Part shown: piece by piece, positions 19,285 through 29,225 of the stretch
Layout: each line of letters starts with the position of its first letter
How positions within the stretch are numbered: position 1 is the first letter of the stretch
Source: a virus
Taxonomy: Duplodnaviria; Caudoviricetes
Strand: one strand, 5' to 3'
Virus record (IMG/VR): IMGVR_UViG_2834368228_000004
Span: 32,001 to 96,000 of that record
Length of the DNA: 64,000 bases
The notes under the pieces: generated by a model
The model's input: only the letters and a program-made list of their open reading frames with translations
The model's database searches: none
Told to the model about the DNA's origin: nothing
Position numbers and translations under genes: made by a program

Positions 19285-20130
19285 TCAAATTTCAATGTCT
19301 GCAAACTCATCGACAATTGACTGTTTTCTTATTGCACTTTTAATATCTTCTAATACTTCATGACGTTTACTAATAAGATCGGTTATCCTATCTGGATCCT
19401 TTACTTCATTTAACTTAATTAAGGACTGTTCTTTAACTAATGAGTATTGAGCATCTGACTCTTTAAAATCTTCTACTCCAATGATTTTGCAGCGCAATGA
19501 AATGTCACAAAAATCTCCGTCATCAATGCTTGTAATATCTTTCTCTTGACTAGGAACAACAGTGAAAATTTTATTATCTGCTAGTGAATAAAATTTAAAA
19601 CAGCATTTTTTAAATTCTGTCTGTTTAATTATAGTTGTTTGCAATATATCTTTAATATGAACGGAAAGATCATCATTGAAATACTGAAACTGTAATCTTT
19701 CAAATGTTGAGATATGGTTAGTTCCATTATTAAGTGAGATTAACCCTACACCGCCTTTAAAGACATATAGCTCTTTTAACTGAATAAGAAACTTATCACT
19801 ATATCTCTCTTTAAGATATGAATGAAAAACTTCTAACTCCTTCTTCATGATAGGATGACTCTCTATTTTATGATTTATATTGTCAGCATCGATTTTCTTG
19901 ATTGTATCTAATAATATGGCCTTAAATGTATCAATTCTTAATCGCAATTTTGTAAACATGCTTTTATCGATATAAAATGGTATAGAAATTATATCATCTT
20001 CCACCTTTATCTCAGATGTAACAGTATGTTTTTTGCTTGTTTTTATATCATAGTATAACTGATCAGAAAATGGATTTATATCAGTTACTTTATTCAAATC
20101 AATTGTATCTTGATCTATAAGACTCATCAT
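19285..20130 (-). CDS. hypothetical protein
   Basis: 281-aa ORF. Confidence 0.7.
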   Translation of the reverse strand: MMSLIDQDTIDLNKVTDINPFSDQLYYDIKTSKKHTVTSEIKVEDDIISIPFYIDKSMFTKLRLRIDTFKAILLDTIKKIDADNINHKIESHPIMKKELEVFHSYLKERYSDKFLIQLKELYVFKGGVGLISLNNGTNHISTFERLQFQYFNDDLSVHIKDILQTTIIKQTEFKKCCFKFYSLADNKIFTVVPSQEKDITSIDDGDFCDISLRCKIIGVEDFKESDAQYSLVKEQSLIKLNEVKDPDRITDLISKRHEVLEDIKSAIRKQSIVDEFADIEI

Positions 20131-20153
20131 GACACATCTTCCTTTTCATATTC

Positions 20154-20969
20154 TTATAAACTCTCATCTAAATGCTTTTTATATCTGTTTTCACATAAAG
20201 AAGAGCAATAATCTTCCGTTTGAGTAGAACCCCCACAAGCTTTACAATGGTTACTTGAATTAAACTCATTCATATACTCATCAGCATACTTGTAGATAAA
20301 TTGATTGTCTTTATTTTGGCGTGTCATTGTTTCAGATGCAAAAATAACACGTTGATTAGCGGAACCTATAAATCCACCATCATGCATATACTTAGCAATC
20401 GTTAGACGCTGCTCATGCTTGTACTCACCATCAACAATGATATCAATGTATCTCATCAATTCGAGAACATCATCAGTAGTAAGTATTTCAAATTTAACTA
20501 AAGTTGGATTCCCTTCTGCATCTGTCTTCTTAATCTCAAATGAAGCTGAATAATCCTTTAATTGTTCTAACATGGCATCCTGGTGTCTTTCTTTAGACCA
20601 ATAAAAATTCAACCCGTGCTTCATTAAGACATCTAACTTATACATTGTATACATGACAATATGAAAGGTAGGATCTTTCTTCTTAAGTTCTTTTGCGACT
20701 TTGCCAATAGCTCTACCTTGTAAAATTGGCTCTCCACCGCAAAATGTTACTTGACGATTCCATGCATCTCTATCTATAATCTCAATGATTTCATTGATTG
20801 TCAGTTTTCGATACTTACCTTCAAACGTCCATGTTGTTTGATTAAAGCAACCTTCACAAGGACTAACAACTCCACGAATACAACCCTTTGTAAAGAGTTC
20901 TAATCGTTTTCCAGGTCCAGCAGTTAAGGCATTCTTGGTCACACCAATAAAACGCATAAAATCTACCAT
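20154..20969 (-). CDS. NrdG-like radical SAM activating enzyme
   Basis: GPGKRLELFTKGC...CEGCFN, VTFCGGEP, IDIIVDGEY, GSANQR. Confidence 0.8.
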   Translation of the reverse strand: MVDFMRFIGVTKNALTAGPGKRLELFTKGCIRGVVSPCEGCFNQTTWTFEGKYRKLTINEIIEIIDRDAWNRQVTFCGGEPILQGRAIGKVAKELKKKDPTFHIVMYTMYKLDVLMKHGLNFYWSKERHQDAMLEQLKDYSASFEIKKTDAEGNPTLVKFEILTTDDVLELMRYIDIIVDGEYKHEQRLTIAKYMHDGGFIGSANQRVIFASETMTRQNKDNQFIYKYADEYMNEFNSSNHCKACGGSTQTEDYCSSLCENRYKKHLDESL

Positions 20970-21137
20970 GTAATGCACCTCTTTTATAAAAATGTAATGC
21001 CTTACTTTTATTAGTTTAAAACAAAAGCTTAGGAAAAGCAACCAAAAATAGTGATATTTTGAAAAAACTGCAGATAATCCTAGATAATTAAACGTAACAC
21101 ACTGTGAGCATACGGATTCTAGGCTTATCTGCAGTAA

Positions 21138-21797
21138 TCATTGCATATTTGAAATTATAACAGTTGCTTCTTCAATATGACTTGTAGCTGTTATGATATA
21201 ATCTGTACATTCATTTATTAAATCTACATCTAAAGTATCAATAGCAGTTGGATAATTATCTACGACAAATTGATAATTATCAGCTGCAAGCAACAATTCG
21301 CTATGTGAATCTTCAAATTTCTCTGGAGGTTCTAATGATCTAATTTCTCCAATTAAACTTTCTAACTCTAATAGTTCAAATGCTACTGAAATCACCCAAT
21401 CCTCACTATAAAGTAAGGTTACATCTTGACCTGCTTCACCTGTCAATATTGAAAGAGATTCCATTGTACTAGCAAAGCCTGTCATAACTTCAACCATAGC
21501 TAACTCATAGTCCATTTCAAGTGATAAATCAGAACTTGATTCAACTGTTTCTGTAGATGAAGTTTCAGACTTATTTCTTGATGTATCTTCTAAATCTGAT
21601 TCTTCCTTTTCTACTTCTTGTTCCTCTTGTTCGCTTTCTTCTGGTGTTCTTTCACCGCTTCCTTCTGCTGTCTCTTTATCACTGTCTTCTGTGGGAGCTG
21701 CTGTCTCTGAACAGGCCGCTACAGTGAATAATAACATCATTAAGATTAGTACCATGTAAGTTTGTTTTTTATTAAATAGCTGTTTTAAAATATTCAT
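21138..21797 (-). CDS. acidic lipoprotein
   Basis: Signal peptide with lipobox VAAC. Confidence 0.75.
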   Translation of the reverse strand: MNILKQLFNKKQTYMVLILMMLLFTVAACSETAAPTEDSDKETAEGSGERTPEESEQEEQEVEKEESDLEDTSRNKSETSSTETVESSSDLSLEMDYELAMVEVMTGFASTMESLSILTGEAGQDVTLLYSEDWVISVAFELLELESLIGEIRSLEPPEKFEDSHSELLLAADNYQFVVDNYPTAIDTLDVDLINECTDYIITATSHIEEATVIISNMQ

Positions 21798-21864
21798 TAA
21801 AAATCCTCCCTAAAATTAAATAAAGGAGAACTTCTCAAATAAGAAATTCTCCTTTATAGTGTAG

Positions 21865-22557
21865 TTATTTTATGTTTGATCTGATGGTTAAGCTTTCAGT
21901 AGGCATTGTTAAAGCAAATCCATTAGGGAGTTTCTCTTTAAACTTAGGAAGCTCCCTTTCGATTACTTCTTCTCTTATTTCTTTCTCACGCTTTTTCGTA
22001 ACTTTTTTACTTTCACTCAACTGCTTCTCTCTATCTACTTCAAGCTCTACTATAGAGCTTACAATCTCTTCAAATTCATTCATGTAATACTTTTCAGATA
22101 ATCCTGTATCTAAAGGACCTGGCTTAATAAACTTTTCTAGCATATTCTGCTCAGCAAAATGCTGTCTAACCTCATCTTCATTTTCAACTTTTATTTTATG
22201 GGGTTTCTTTTGTAAATATGCAGTACCAATATCAAGTGATAATTTTTTACCTTTATTATCATTTCGAACAAAATTATCTACGATAGAATCAATTGCTGCA
22301 ATGTCTTCATTTTTTTTGTTAATTCTACGGTCCCAGTCTCTCATGATCGCAGATTTCATTGCTTTCATTTTTTCAATATCTTTTTTATTATATTCACGAG
22401 CCAACATCATTTTACGAATTGTGTATTCGTCCAATTCAGAGCGTACATATCCTCCTCCTTGTTCTACATTTCCAAGCATTTCTGCCATCATTTCTTGTAA
22501 AGATCCAGCTGCTTCTTCTCCTTCAAATACTAATGCATCAAGTAATTCTGCACTCAT
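21865..22557 (-). CDS. Mu Gam-like host-nuclease inhibitor (putative)
   Basis: Coiled coil followed by KKLSLDIGTAYLQK. Confidence 0.55.
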   Translation of the reverse strand: MSAELLDALVFEGEEAAGSLQEMMAEMLGNVEQGGGYVRSELDEYTIRKMMLAREYNKKDIEKMKAMKSAIMRDWDRRINKKNEDIAAIDSIVDNFVRNDNKGKKLSLDIGTAYLQKKPHKIKVENEDEVRQHFAEQNMLEKFIKPGPLDTGLSEKYYMNEFEEIVSSIVELEVDREKQLSESKKVTKKREKEIREEVIERELPKFKEKLPNGFALTMPTESLTIRSNIK

Positions 22558-22614
22558 ATTATATTCTCCTCTCAGACAATTGTTTTTAAATTTTTTAAAT
22601 CATAAAATAAGCCG

Positions 22615-23226
22615 TTAGGCGTTAAGAGAAAATTTTGTATCTCTTAATCTTTTTAAACGTTTCTCAATAGAGTTAACTGAACGATTTAATATATTAGCAA
22701 TATCTTTCTGTTTCATATTTTGGTTATAATACATATTCCATAGCTTTGTATCTTTAGCTGGAGTCCAATACTTCCCTTTATTTGAAGGTAATTGCACATC
22801 TATGGATATTTGCTCATCTAACCATTCTGGTTCTGGATTTAAAACTCTTCGCTCAATTCGTGACCAAATATAAAGATCTCTATTATTGCTGGCCCAATTC
22901 CAAAACCTTTTTACATCAATATAGTAAGGTTGGTTTTTTGAATTATTTCCTTTGAAGTAGAGTTTTTCACCTGGAAGACCTTTTTCATGTATATGCCTTA
23001 TTATTGTACTAGTATCCACATGAAGTGTTTTAGCTAATTCATTAGCAGAAAACATTCCAGTTTCTATGTGCTTTGTTGCACCCAATCTCTCCAATTGTCT
23101 TTGGACAGATCCTGGAGTTCGATTAAGACGTTTTGCTATAGCCTTAATTGTCTTGACTCTCCCTACTAGGAATAAGAGTTCTTCGTTTGCTTCTTCTGTC
23201 CAAGGATTTATATATTGATTAGACAA
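22615..23226 (-). CDS. multi-HTH DNA-binding protein
   Basis: WTEE...IAKRLNRTPGSV and WTPAKD...IANILNRSVNSI repeats. Confidence 0.75.
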   Translation of the reverse strand: MSNQYINPWTEEANEELLFLVGRVKTIKAIAKRLNRTPGSVQRQLERLGATKHIETGMFSANELAKTLHVDTSTIIRHIHEKGLPGEKLYFKGNNSKNQPYYIDVKRFWNWASNNRDLYIWSRIERRVLNPEPEWLDEQISIDVQLPSNKGKYWTPAKDTKLWNMYYNQNMKQKDIANILNRSVNSIEKRLKRLRDTKFSLNA

Positions 23227-23239
23227 ATGAATCCCCCTT

Positions 23240-23770
23240 TTATTCTTCTTTTTGCAATAAGCGAATCTGTTCTACAAGGGTTTGAATAGTTTGAACGTAA
23301 GATAAGATAACATCAAACTCAATTGCCACATAATCAGTATCAGATCCTTTGAAGCGAAAAGGTAGAAAATAATATTCTTTTCCCATTTGAGAAGCTTCTT
23401 TCTTAATACCATCAAGCCACTCTTTCTTGATAGTTATTTGCTTCACTCCTCTTGCATCTCTAGAACCTCTTTCTTTAAACTCTGCTAAGGAAGCTGTAAT
23501 CTCTTCTTCCGTTATCATATCTCCTAATGCAAAGTGTAAGGCTCCACTAGCAATTTGCCTGCGAGCGACTTCTTTCGCTTGTTTTACAGTTGTATTGTAT
23601 TTTTTAGTACCTTGATTTTCAAAATCAATTCCTTGTTTTATGTGCTTATTTTGATTTGATCGAGTTCGTAGTGTTGTTTTTTCTTTATGGGGACTATACA
23701 TATTAAAATTAAAGCATTTATAGCAAGATTTGTTTAAATTTGCGCATTCTTCTGCAAATTTGCACTCCAT
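23240..23770 (-). CDS. PD-(D/E)XK nuclease, Holliday-junction resolvase-like
   Basis: GIDFE...SGA...GDMI...AEFKE...ITIKKEWL; N-terminal Cys cluster; start revised. Confidence 0.6.
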   Translation of the reverse strand: MECKFAEECANLNKSCYKCFNFNMYSPHKEKTTLRTRSNQNKHIKQGIDFENQGTKKYNTTVKQAKEVARRQIASGALHFALGDMITEEEITASLAEFKERGSRDARGVKQITIKKEWLDGIKKEASQMGKEYYFLPFRFKGSDTDYVAIEFDVILSYVQTIQTLVEQIRLLQKEE

Positions 23771-23850
23771 GTTATACACCTCGGTTAAATTAAGGAGGAG
23801 ACTCAAAATTGAGAACTCCCCCTTAATGCATTTCATTACCATTTTGAAAA

Positions 23851-24330
23851 TTAAGCTTCTAATAAGCTTCTTTCTAGATTTAAAAGTGAATTGTTTGTAA
23901 TTTTTGCGCCAGACTTCACATGAAGGGTTTGAATAATCGACTCTAAGATATAATAATGTCCATTAAAGACATCCTCTAAATCAAATAAATCTATATGATC
24001 ATTTTGCTGAAAGGGTAATACAGCTTCAGGAACAGGATATCTTTGAGCGAGTTGTATCCCAGCAGCTCTTCTAGCAAGATCATTTTGGCCTCTATAATTA
24101 TCACGCAAAACATTTTTTATAAGGCGTGTAATTGCATCCTTATTTCTACGAGCCTTTGCAAAATAGAAGTTCACTTCTGAGAAAAAATTCGCAAGGTTTA
24201 CATTAAAATCATGTAATGTTGTAGTATCATTTACAGTTGGCACTAACAACTCATTATTTCGACAACTTAAATTGTCGACGATGGTTTCCCACTCATTTAA
24301 ATTTTCCATTAGCAATCTTTCTAATATCAT
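23851..24330 (-). CDS. hypothetical protein
   Basis: 159-aa ORF. Confidence 0.7.
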   Translation of the reverse strand: MILERLLMENLNEWETIVDNLSCRNNELLVPTVNDTTTLHDFNVNLANFFSEVNFYFAKARRNKDAITRLIKNVLRDNYRGQNDLARRAAGIQLAQRYPVPEAVLPFQQNDHIDLFDLEDVFNGHYYILESIIQTLHVKSGAKITNNSLLNLERSLLEA

Positions 24331-24343
24331 CTATAATCACCTA

Positions 24344-24628
24344 TTAAAATAAATTAGCAACCTCATTTGTCCTTGATCCCATAGAGATATCATTAGCAAC
24401 TTCAGAAAGCTTAAATAAGTAAATATTCTGTAATTCTTTTTTTATCTCACTTGCTAGTGATGGAGTTAAAGATATCTCTTGTTTTAACTCTTGAATCAAG
24501 CGTTGAGTATCATTGCTTGATGAATGATACTCTATTTCTTGAATCATTTTAAATAACTCATTTGCAAAATATAAGACTTTCTCGCTGCTAGCACCAGTTG
24601 TATGTGTTATGGATAACAAATCGTACAC
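24344..24628 (-). CDS. hypothetical protein
   Basis: 94-aa ORF. Confidence 0.6.
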   Translation of the reverse strand: MYDLLSITHTTGASSEKVLYFANELFKMIQEIEYHSSSNDTQRLIQELKQEISLTPSLASEIKKELQNIYLFKLSEVANDISMGSRTNEVANLF

Positions 24629-24631
24629 CCC

Positions 24632-25177
24632 TCAGTTTTTTTCTTTGAAAATTAATGCTTTTGTGTCTTCGCCCAATTCAGTTATGCCAATAATATTCTC
24701 TTCACTCAATATTGATAAACCATTTTCATATGATTTAACAATATCTTGAAGCCCTGTAATTAACCCCTGTTGCTCTTTAACTTGTTTTAGCAAGTGATCT
24801 TTTTCAGCTTGTAAGGATCGGATTGTATCATCTTTTGTTTTCATTAGTGCCTGAAAGCGATTCAAGCTACTGTTTAGATCTGAAGCCATTGTAAGAATGT
24901 CATTAACTTCTTTCTCTTCATCTGGAACACCATAGTATATAATCTCATTCGATTCGGTCTTATCACTTGAAGGGACTATACCTATAATACCTTCAGATTG
25001 AAGAATTCGAACACTACGATGAACTGTAGCATCACTTAACCCAATGTTCTCACCAATTTTGGCCATTGATTCTCTTAAGCGTCCATCAGTCTCCTTTGAT
25101 TTTTCTTGAATATAGTCATGCACTTTCTTAGCACTTGGCTTTAAGCGACCTAATATTTCATTCTCATTCCTTGCCAT
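24632..25177 (-). CDS. winged-HTH regulator with coiled coil
   Basis: MAKIGENIGLSDATVHRSVRILQSEG; two operator-like palindromes upstream. Confidence 0.75.
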   Translation of the reverse strand: MARNENEILGRLKPSAKKVHDYIQEKSKETDGRLRESMAKIGENIGLSDATVHRSVRILQSEGIIGIVPSSDKTESNEIIYYGVPDEEKEVNDILTMASDLNSSLNRFQALMKTKDDTIRSLQAEKDHLLKQVKEQQGLITGLQDIVKSYENGLSILSEENIIGITELGEDTKALIFKEKN

Positions 25178-25343
25178 CGTATTACCCCTCCAGTTTTTTC
25201 GATAACATTATTATTCACATAAGTCCTCCATTATAATACATTACATTTTATATTTTGTAAAAGCATTACAATATTATGCACTAAAAATTAAATGTTATTT
25301 GAGATAACGATAGAAAAGGAAATATATAGATCGTTTCGTATCA

Positions 25344-25619
25344 TTAAACTTTAATTCCACGGATGTCTCTAATTTCCTCTATCTCTTTATCATTGTATGT
25401 TCGATAATTGTTTTTTGGATTCCTTCTAGGCTTGGGAATTAGACCTCTTTCTTCCCAGTAGATAATGGTATCTCTGTGAACTCCAACTTTTTTCGCTGCT
25501 TCTGACAATTTATACTCTCGAATAATTGTAATCACTCCTTTGTTGCTGTAAACGAAATTGCCACTGATTAAAAGCCATTTGCATGTGTTGAAATAATTCC
25601 TCGTATTTAGAAGGCTCAT
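25344..25619 (-). CDS. small MerR-type HTH protein (true start probably near 25530)
   Basis: LSEAAKKVGVHRDTIIYWEERGLIPKPRRNPKNNYRTY. Confidence 0.8.
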   Translation of the reverse strand: MSLLNTRNYFNTCKWLLISGNFVYSNKGVITIIREYKLSEAAKKVGVHRDTIIYWEERGLIPKPRRNPKNNYRTYNDKEIEEIRDIRGIKV

Positions 25620-26139
25620 GTATTATATCTTCTAAGGAATGTGTTACCACAAAATCAGAACCATTAATAAGTGTTTTTCCTTGACCAGGAAAATCTATTT
25701 GATCAGATAATGAATTTGCCGGTCCATAGCCAAGAGCAACTATCATCTTTGGTTGAATGACGATAACTTCAGACGATAGGTGCTTATGGCAAGGATCTAC
25801 AGCTTCAACAGACTTCTTAATAGAGGTTAAATAAATATGATCTAAATCTACATGCAATTGTCTAATAATGTGAGATAAAATTTGACCATGTTCAGTTTCA
25901 AAGTGAACATCATAAGGAGTCTCACCCACAATCATAAAAGATGCATGCATATTGTTTAATGGCAATGTATAATCTCCTTCATGATATGAACACGTACTAC
26001 AACTCATAATACTTGTTTTCAAATGAAAATGAGAAATTCCATTACTCCTATTAACAAAGGAAGGATAAGAATTGTAATAATCAGGTTTAAATATAATAGG
26101 AGATATATCTGACATATCAAATGCAAAATCATCTTTCAT
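25510..26139 (-). CDS. uracil-DNA glycosylase family 4-like protein, divergent
   Basis: CSTC, FMIVGETP, IYLTSIKK, QPKMIVALG, VTH. Confidence 0.6.
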   Translation of the reverse strand: MKDDFAFDMSDISPIIFKPDYYNSYPSFVNRSNGISHFHLKTSIMSCSTCSYHEGDYTLPLNNMHASFMIVGETPYDVHFETEHGQILSHIIRQLHVDLDHIYLTSIKKSVEAVDPCHKHLSSEVIVIQPKMIVALGYGPANSLSDQIDFPGQGKTLINGSDFVVTHSLEDIIHEPSKYEELFQHMQMAFNQWQFRLQQQRSDYNYSRV

Positions 26140-26153
26140 AAATGAACTCTCCT

Positions 26154-27263
26154 TTATTCAGTTAATTGTAATTCTTCTTCTATATCTTCTTCCATGCTTG
26201 TAGCATCGATAAACTGTACATCTTTTGGTATACGGCCTTGAACAATATCATTGATATACTTAAATAATTCAGGTGACTCTTTCAATACTCTCTCTAAAGT
26301 ATCCTTACCTTGCCATTTTAATTCTTTACCTTGTTCATCTAAGTAAGGAGATTTAGAATCTTCAGGATCTGCTCCTAAGAAGTAATAAGCTCCTTTTCGA
26401 TGAATGATACCCATTTCAATAGCAACATTCATAATATCTTTTGATGTGTCAAATAAGGTGTCATAGTAATAATCAACTTCAGATTTTGTAAATGGTCTAG
26501 CTACTTTGTTTTTCTTAACAGAAAGAGTCATTGTTTGACCATAAACCATATCACCTTTTTTAATTTCTTTCTTTCTTACTTCTACTCGAATAGAAGCAAA
26601 GAATTTCAATGCACGGCCTCCTGGAGTCGTCTCCGGGTTTCCGTACATTACTCCAACCTTCTCACGAATCTGATTAATACAAATAATTAATACATCGTTT
26701 TTTAATGCTGGAGCAGTAATTTTTCGAAGTGCTTTAGATACCATTCGTGCTTGTAAACCCACTTGATTATCTTCATTACTTCCTTCAATCTCTTTTTTAG
26801 GAGTTAGAGCAGCAACTGAATCAATAACAACAAGTCCTACTTCACCGGAGTGAATCATTGCTTCGGTAGTATCAAAGGCTTGCTCCCCATAATCTGGCTG
26901 ATTAATAAGCATTCCAGTTTCTTCTGAAACATCTACTCCTAAACGCTCAACATGGAGTGGATCTAAAGCGTGCTCTGCATCTATATAGCACACATTAGGT
27001 CTTTTGGAGAAAAGGTGATTAGGATCTTTAGCTAATTTTTGATATTGAGCAACAGTTTGTAGAGCAATTGTTGTTTTTCCGCTTGATTCTGGTCCATATA
27101 ATTCTATAACTCTACCAAGTGGCCATCCACCAATTCCAAGCGCATAATCAAAACTAGGTATAGCAGTTGGAACTGGTTGGACTTTAACACTTTCTGTATC
27201 TTCAAACGAAAAGACTGTACCAGCCCCTAACTTTTTGTTCATCATATCTTTAAAGTTAGACAA
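26154..27263 (-). CDS. recA: recombinase RecA
   Basis: GPESSGKTT, IDAEHALD, DSVAAL, INQIREKVGVMYGNPETTPGGRALKF. Confidence 0.97.
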   Translation of the reverse strand: MSNFKDMMNKKLGAGTVFSFEDTESVKVQPVPTAIPSFDYALGIGGWPLGRVIELYGPESSGKTTIALQTVAQYQKLAKDPNHLFSKRPNVCYIDAEHALDPLHVERLGVDVSEETGMLINQPDYGEQAFDTTEAMIHSGEVGLVVIDSVAALTPKKEIEGSNEDNQVGLQARMVSKALRKITAPALKNDVLIICINQIREKVGVMYGNPETTPGGRALKFFASIRVEVRKKEIKKGDMVYGQTMTLSVKKNKVARPFTKSEVDYYYDTLFDTSKDIMNVAIEMGIIHRKGAYYFLGADPEDSKSPYLDEQGKELKWQGKDTLERVLKESPELFKYINDIVQGRIPKDVQFIDATSMEEDIEEELQLTE

Positions 27264-27265
27264 AA

Positions 27266-27619
27266 TTATTTCACTCCCTCATATGTAGCAATGAATTCAT
27301 CGGAAGCATCTTTTGCTTGCTTAATGGTTTGCAAAAGCTTTCGAATTTCTTCTGATTGCTCTGGGTTTTGTTTTGCAATTTTTGTTAGTTCTGCTCCTCG
27401 TTGATTCAAATGTCTAGACGCATGCTGCATAGTTGTAACTAATACATGATCGGGAGCTTCTTCTTCATCTTTAGCAAAATCAAAACAAATGTCATACGTT
27501 TCTTTAAACATTTTTACTTTTGCGGTTTTTGATGGTACGCCCTTATCTAAATAGTAAGCATATATGCCTTTCAAAAAACGATGAAAGGCATATATTGGCT
27601 TAGCTGGTTTCCTACTCAT
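27266..27619 (-). CDS. hypothetical protein
   Basis: 117-aa ORF between ssb and recA. Confidence 0.7.
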   Translation of the reverse strand: MSRKPAKPIYAFHRFLKGIYAYYLDKGVPSKTAKVKMFKETYDICFDFAKDEEEAPDHVLVTTMQHASRHLNQRGAELTKIAKQNPEQSEEIRKLLQTIKQAKDASDEFIATYEGVK

Positions 27620-27635
27620 CTGACAACAACTCTCC

Positions 27636-28346
27636 TTATTGTCCTACGAACTGTCCTTGAGGTGGTCCAAATTGTTGTCCTTGTGGTTGTTGAGGAGCTA
27701 CACCTGGTCCACCGAAACCACCTTGTGGAGGTACAAACCCACCTTGTGGTTGCTGTCCTTGGAACTGCTGTGGATTTCCTTGATTTTGGAAATTGTTCTG
27801 CTGTGTCTGTTGTTGCTGTCCAGAACCAGAATTATTACCTTTATTTTGACCAGCACCAAGTCCCATTAATTCATTCACACGAATTGTTGGGTAATAGTCA
27901 TAAATTGCTTTACCATTTGGATCTAACACATCTTGACCATTGTTTTGACGCTTTCTGCGTTTCAAATGAGGAATACCTTTCACAAAAACTTGACGACCAG
28001 ACTTACAATAATCCATTAGGAAATCATGCGTAGACGATCTTCCACCTTGATTCACCCACACTTCAATATTCCAAAAATCTGTTGGAGCATCTTGTCCACG
28101 ATGATTGTTTGCAATAGTTGCTTTTGCGACTTTTGCACCACTTGACATGACTTCTGATTTCGGGTCTTCTGTTAAACGAGCAATGATTGTGATTTCAGAA
28201 AAACTTGGTGAATTTGAACCTCCACCATTACCACCTGTATTTTGATTAGGGTTAAATTGACCTTGAGGTTGTTGAAACCCTCCTTGAGGTTGTTGGAAAC
28301 CTCCTTGTGGCTGTTGAAATCCATTGTTATTAAATCCGTTATTCAT
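27636..28346 (-). CDS. ssb: single-stranded DNA-binding protein with Q/G/N-rich tails
   Basis: OB fold (ARLTEDP, TDFWNIEVW, GRQVFVKG) flanked by GFQQPQG repeats. Confidence 0.85.
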   Translation of the reverse strand: MNNGFNNNGFQQPQGGFQQPQGGFQQPQGQFNPNQNTGGNGGGSNSPSFSEITIIARLTEDPKSEVMSSGAKVAKATIANNHRGQDAPTDFWNIEVWVNQGGRSSTHDFLMDYCKSGRQVFVKGIPHLKRRKRQNNGQDVLDPNGKAIYDYYPTIRVNELMGLGAGQNKGNNSGSGQQQQTQQNNFQNQGNPQQFQGQQPQGGFVPPQGGFGGPGVAPQQPQGQQFGPPQGQFVGQ

Positions 28347-28409
28347 AATTATTTCTCCTCTCAGTTTTTGAGTTTTTATTTTTTCTACTGAACTAGCCGA
28401 CAGGCGTTA

Positions 28410-28592
28410 TTAGTTTACATATTGCAAATAGTAATATATTGAATTTCCTTGAATTTTAATATCAAAGATTTTTACCTTTTCAAGACCTTTATTAGTCTTA
28501 ACTTCAAGTTCTAAATCGACTTCTAAATCTTTATCTTTTGGATACATGAAATCTATTTCATATCCTTCAGGAAAAATAAGCACATTTCTCAT
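28410..28592 (-). CDS. hypothetical protein
   Basis: 60-aa ORF coupled to the upstream gene. Confidence 0.55.
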   Translation of the reverse strand: MRNVLIFPEGYEIDFMYPKDKDLEVDLELEVKTNKGLEKVKIFDIKIQGNSIYYYLQYVN

Positions 28593-28951
28593 TAAGATGC
28601 TTCTTTAATGTCCAATACTGCAGCATCAAAAGCAACAATAGAGTAATCTTTTTTATAGTCATCTTTAATTTTCCGAAGGAGAACATTCACATATCCATTA
28701 AAAGTAAGGTAGTTTCCAACTTCAATAAAATCAAAATTACTTTTCATCATAGGAGAAACAAAAATAAATATTGTTCCTACATGATCATCTAATTCTAAGA
28801 TATAATGTGATGAAAGCAGCTTGATGTCATCTGTAATAGGAGGTATTATTGATAAAATTTTTCCTGCTACCACAACAGAATCAAGATGATTACACTCATT
28901 CTTAATTTGCTCTGAAAAATGAGTCGCATATTTTTCCAACTTCTCGAACAA
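28592..28951 (-). CDS. OB-fold nucleic-acid-binding protein (putative)
   Basis: VVVAGKI...LELDDHVGTIFIFV resembles DnaE-type OB domains. Confidence 0.5.
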   Translation of the reverse strand: MFEKLEKYATHFSEQIKNECNHLDSVVVAGKILSIIPPITDDIKLLSSHYILELDDHVGTIFIFVSPMMKSNFDFIEVGNYLTFNGYVNVLLRKIKDDYKKDYSIVAFDAAVLDIKEAS

Positions 28952-28953
28952 AA

Positions 28954-29220
28954 TTAATTCCCCCTATCACCCTTCATTTGACGATGAAGTTCTTCTAAAA
29001 TCATAGATAAATCTTCTTGGTTTATAAACTTGTTTTGAAGTAATAAATTAAGCATTGCATTTGTTAACATATAAGAAGAAAAAATCATTTCATCTTTTGA
29101 AGGAAGTAATGAACCTTCTTCAAACATGGTAAGCTTTACTTTATTTTCCTCTTCGTTTTCATCTGGAAGCACTTCTTTTAAAAAATTAAGTTCTTGCTCA
29201 TCTCTACCCAAGACAGACAT
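28954..29220 (-). CDS. hypothetical protein
   Basis: 88-aa ORF with RBS. Confidence 0.65.
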   Translation of the reverse strand: MSVLGRDEQELNFLKEVLPDENEEENKVKLTMFEEGSLLPSKDEMIFSSYMLTNAMLNLLLQNKFINQEDLSMILEELHRQMKGDRGN

Positions 29221-29225
29221 CTCCT

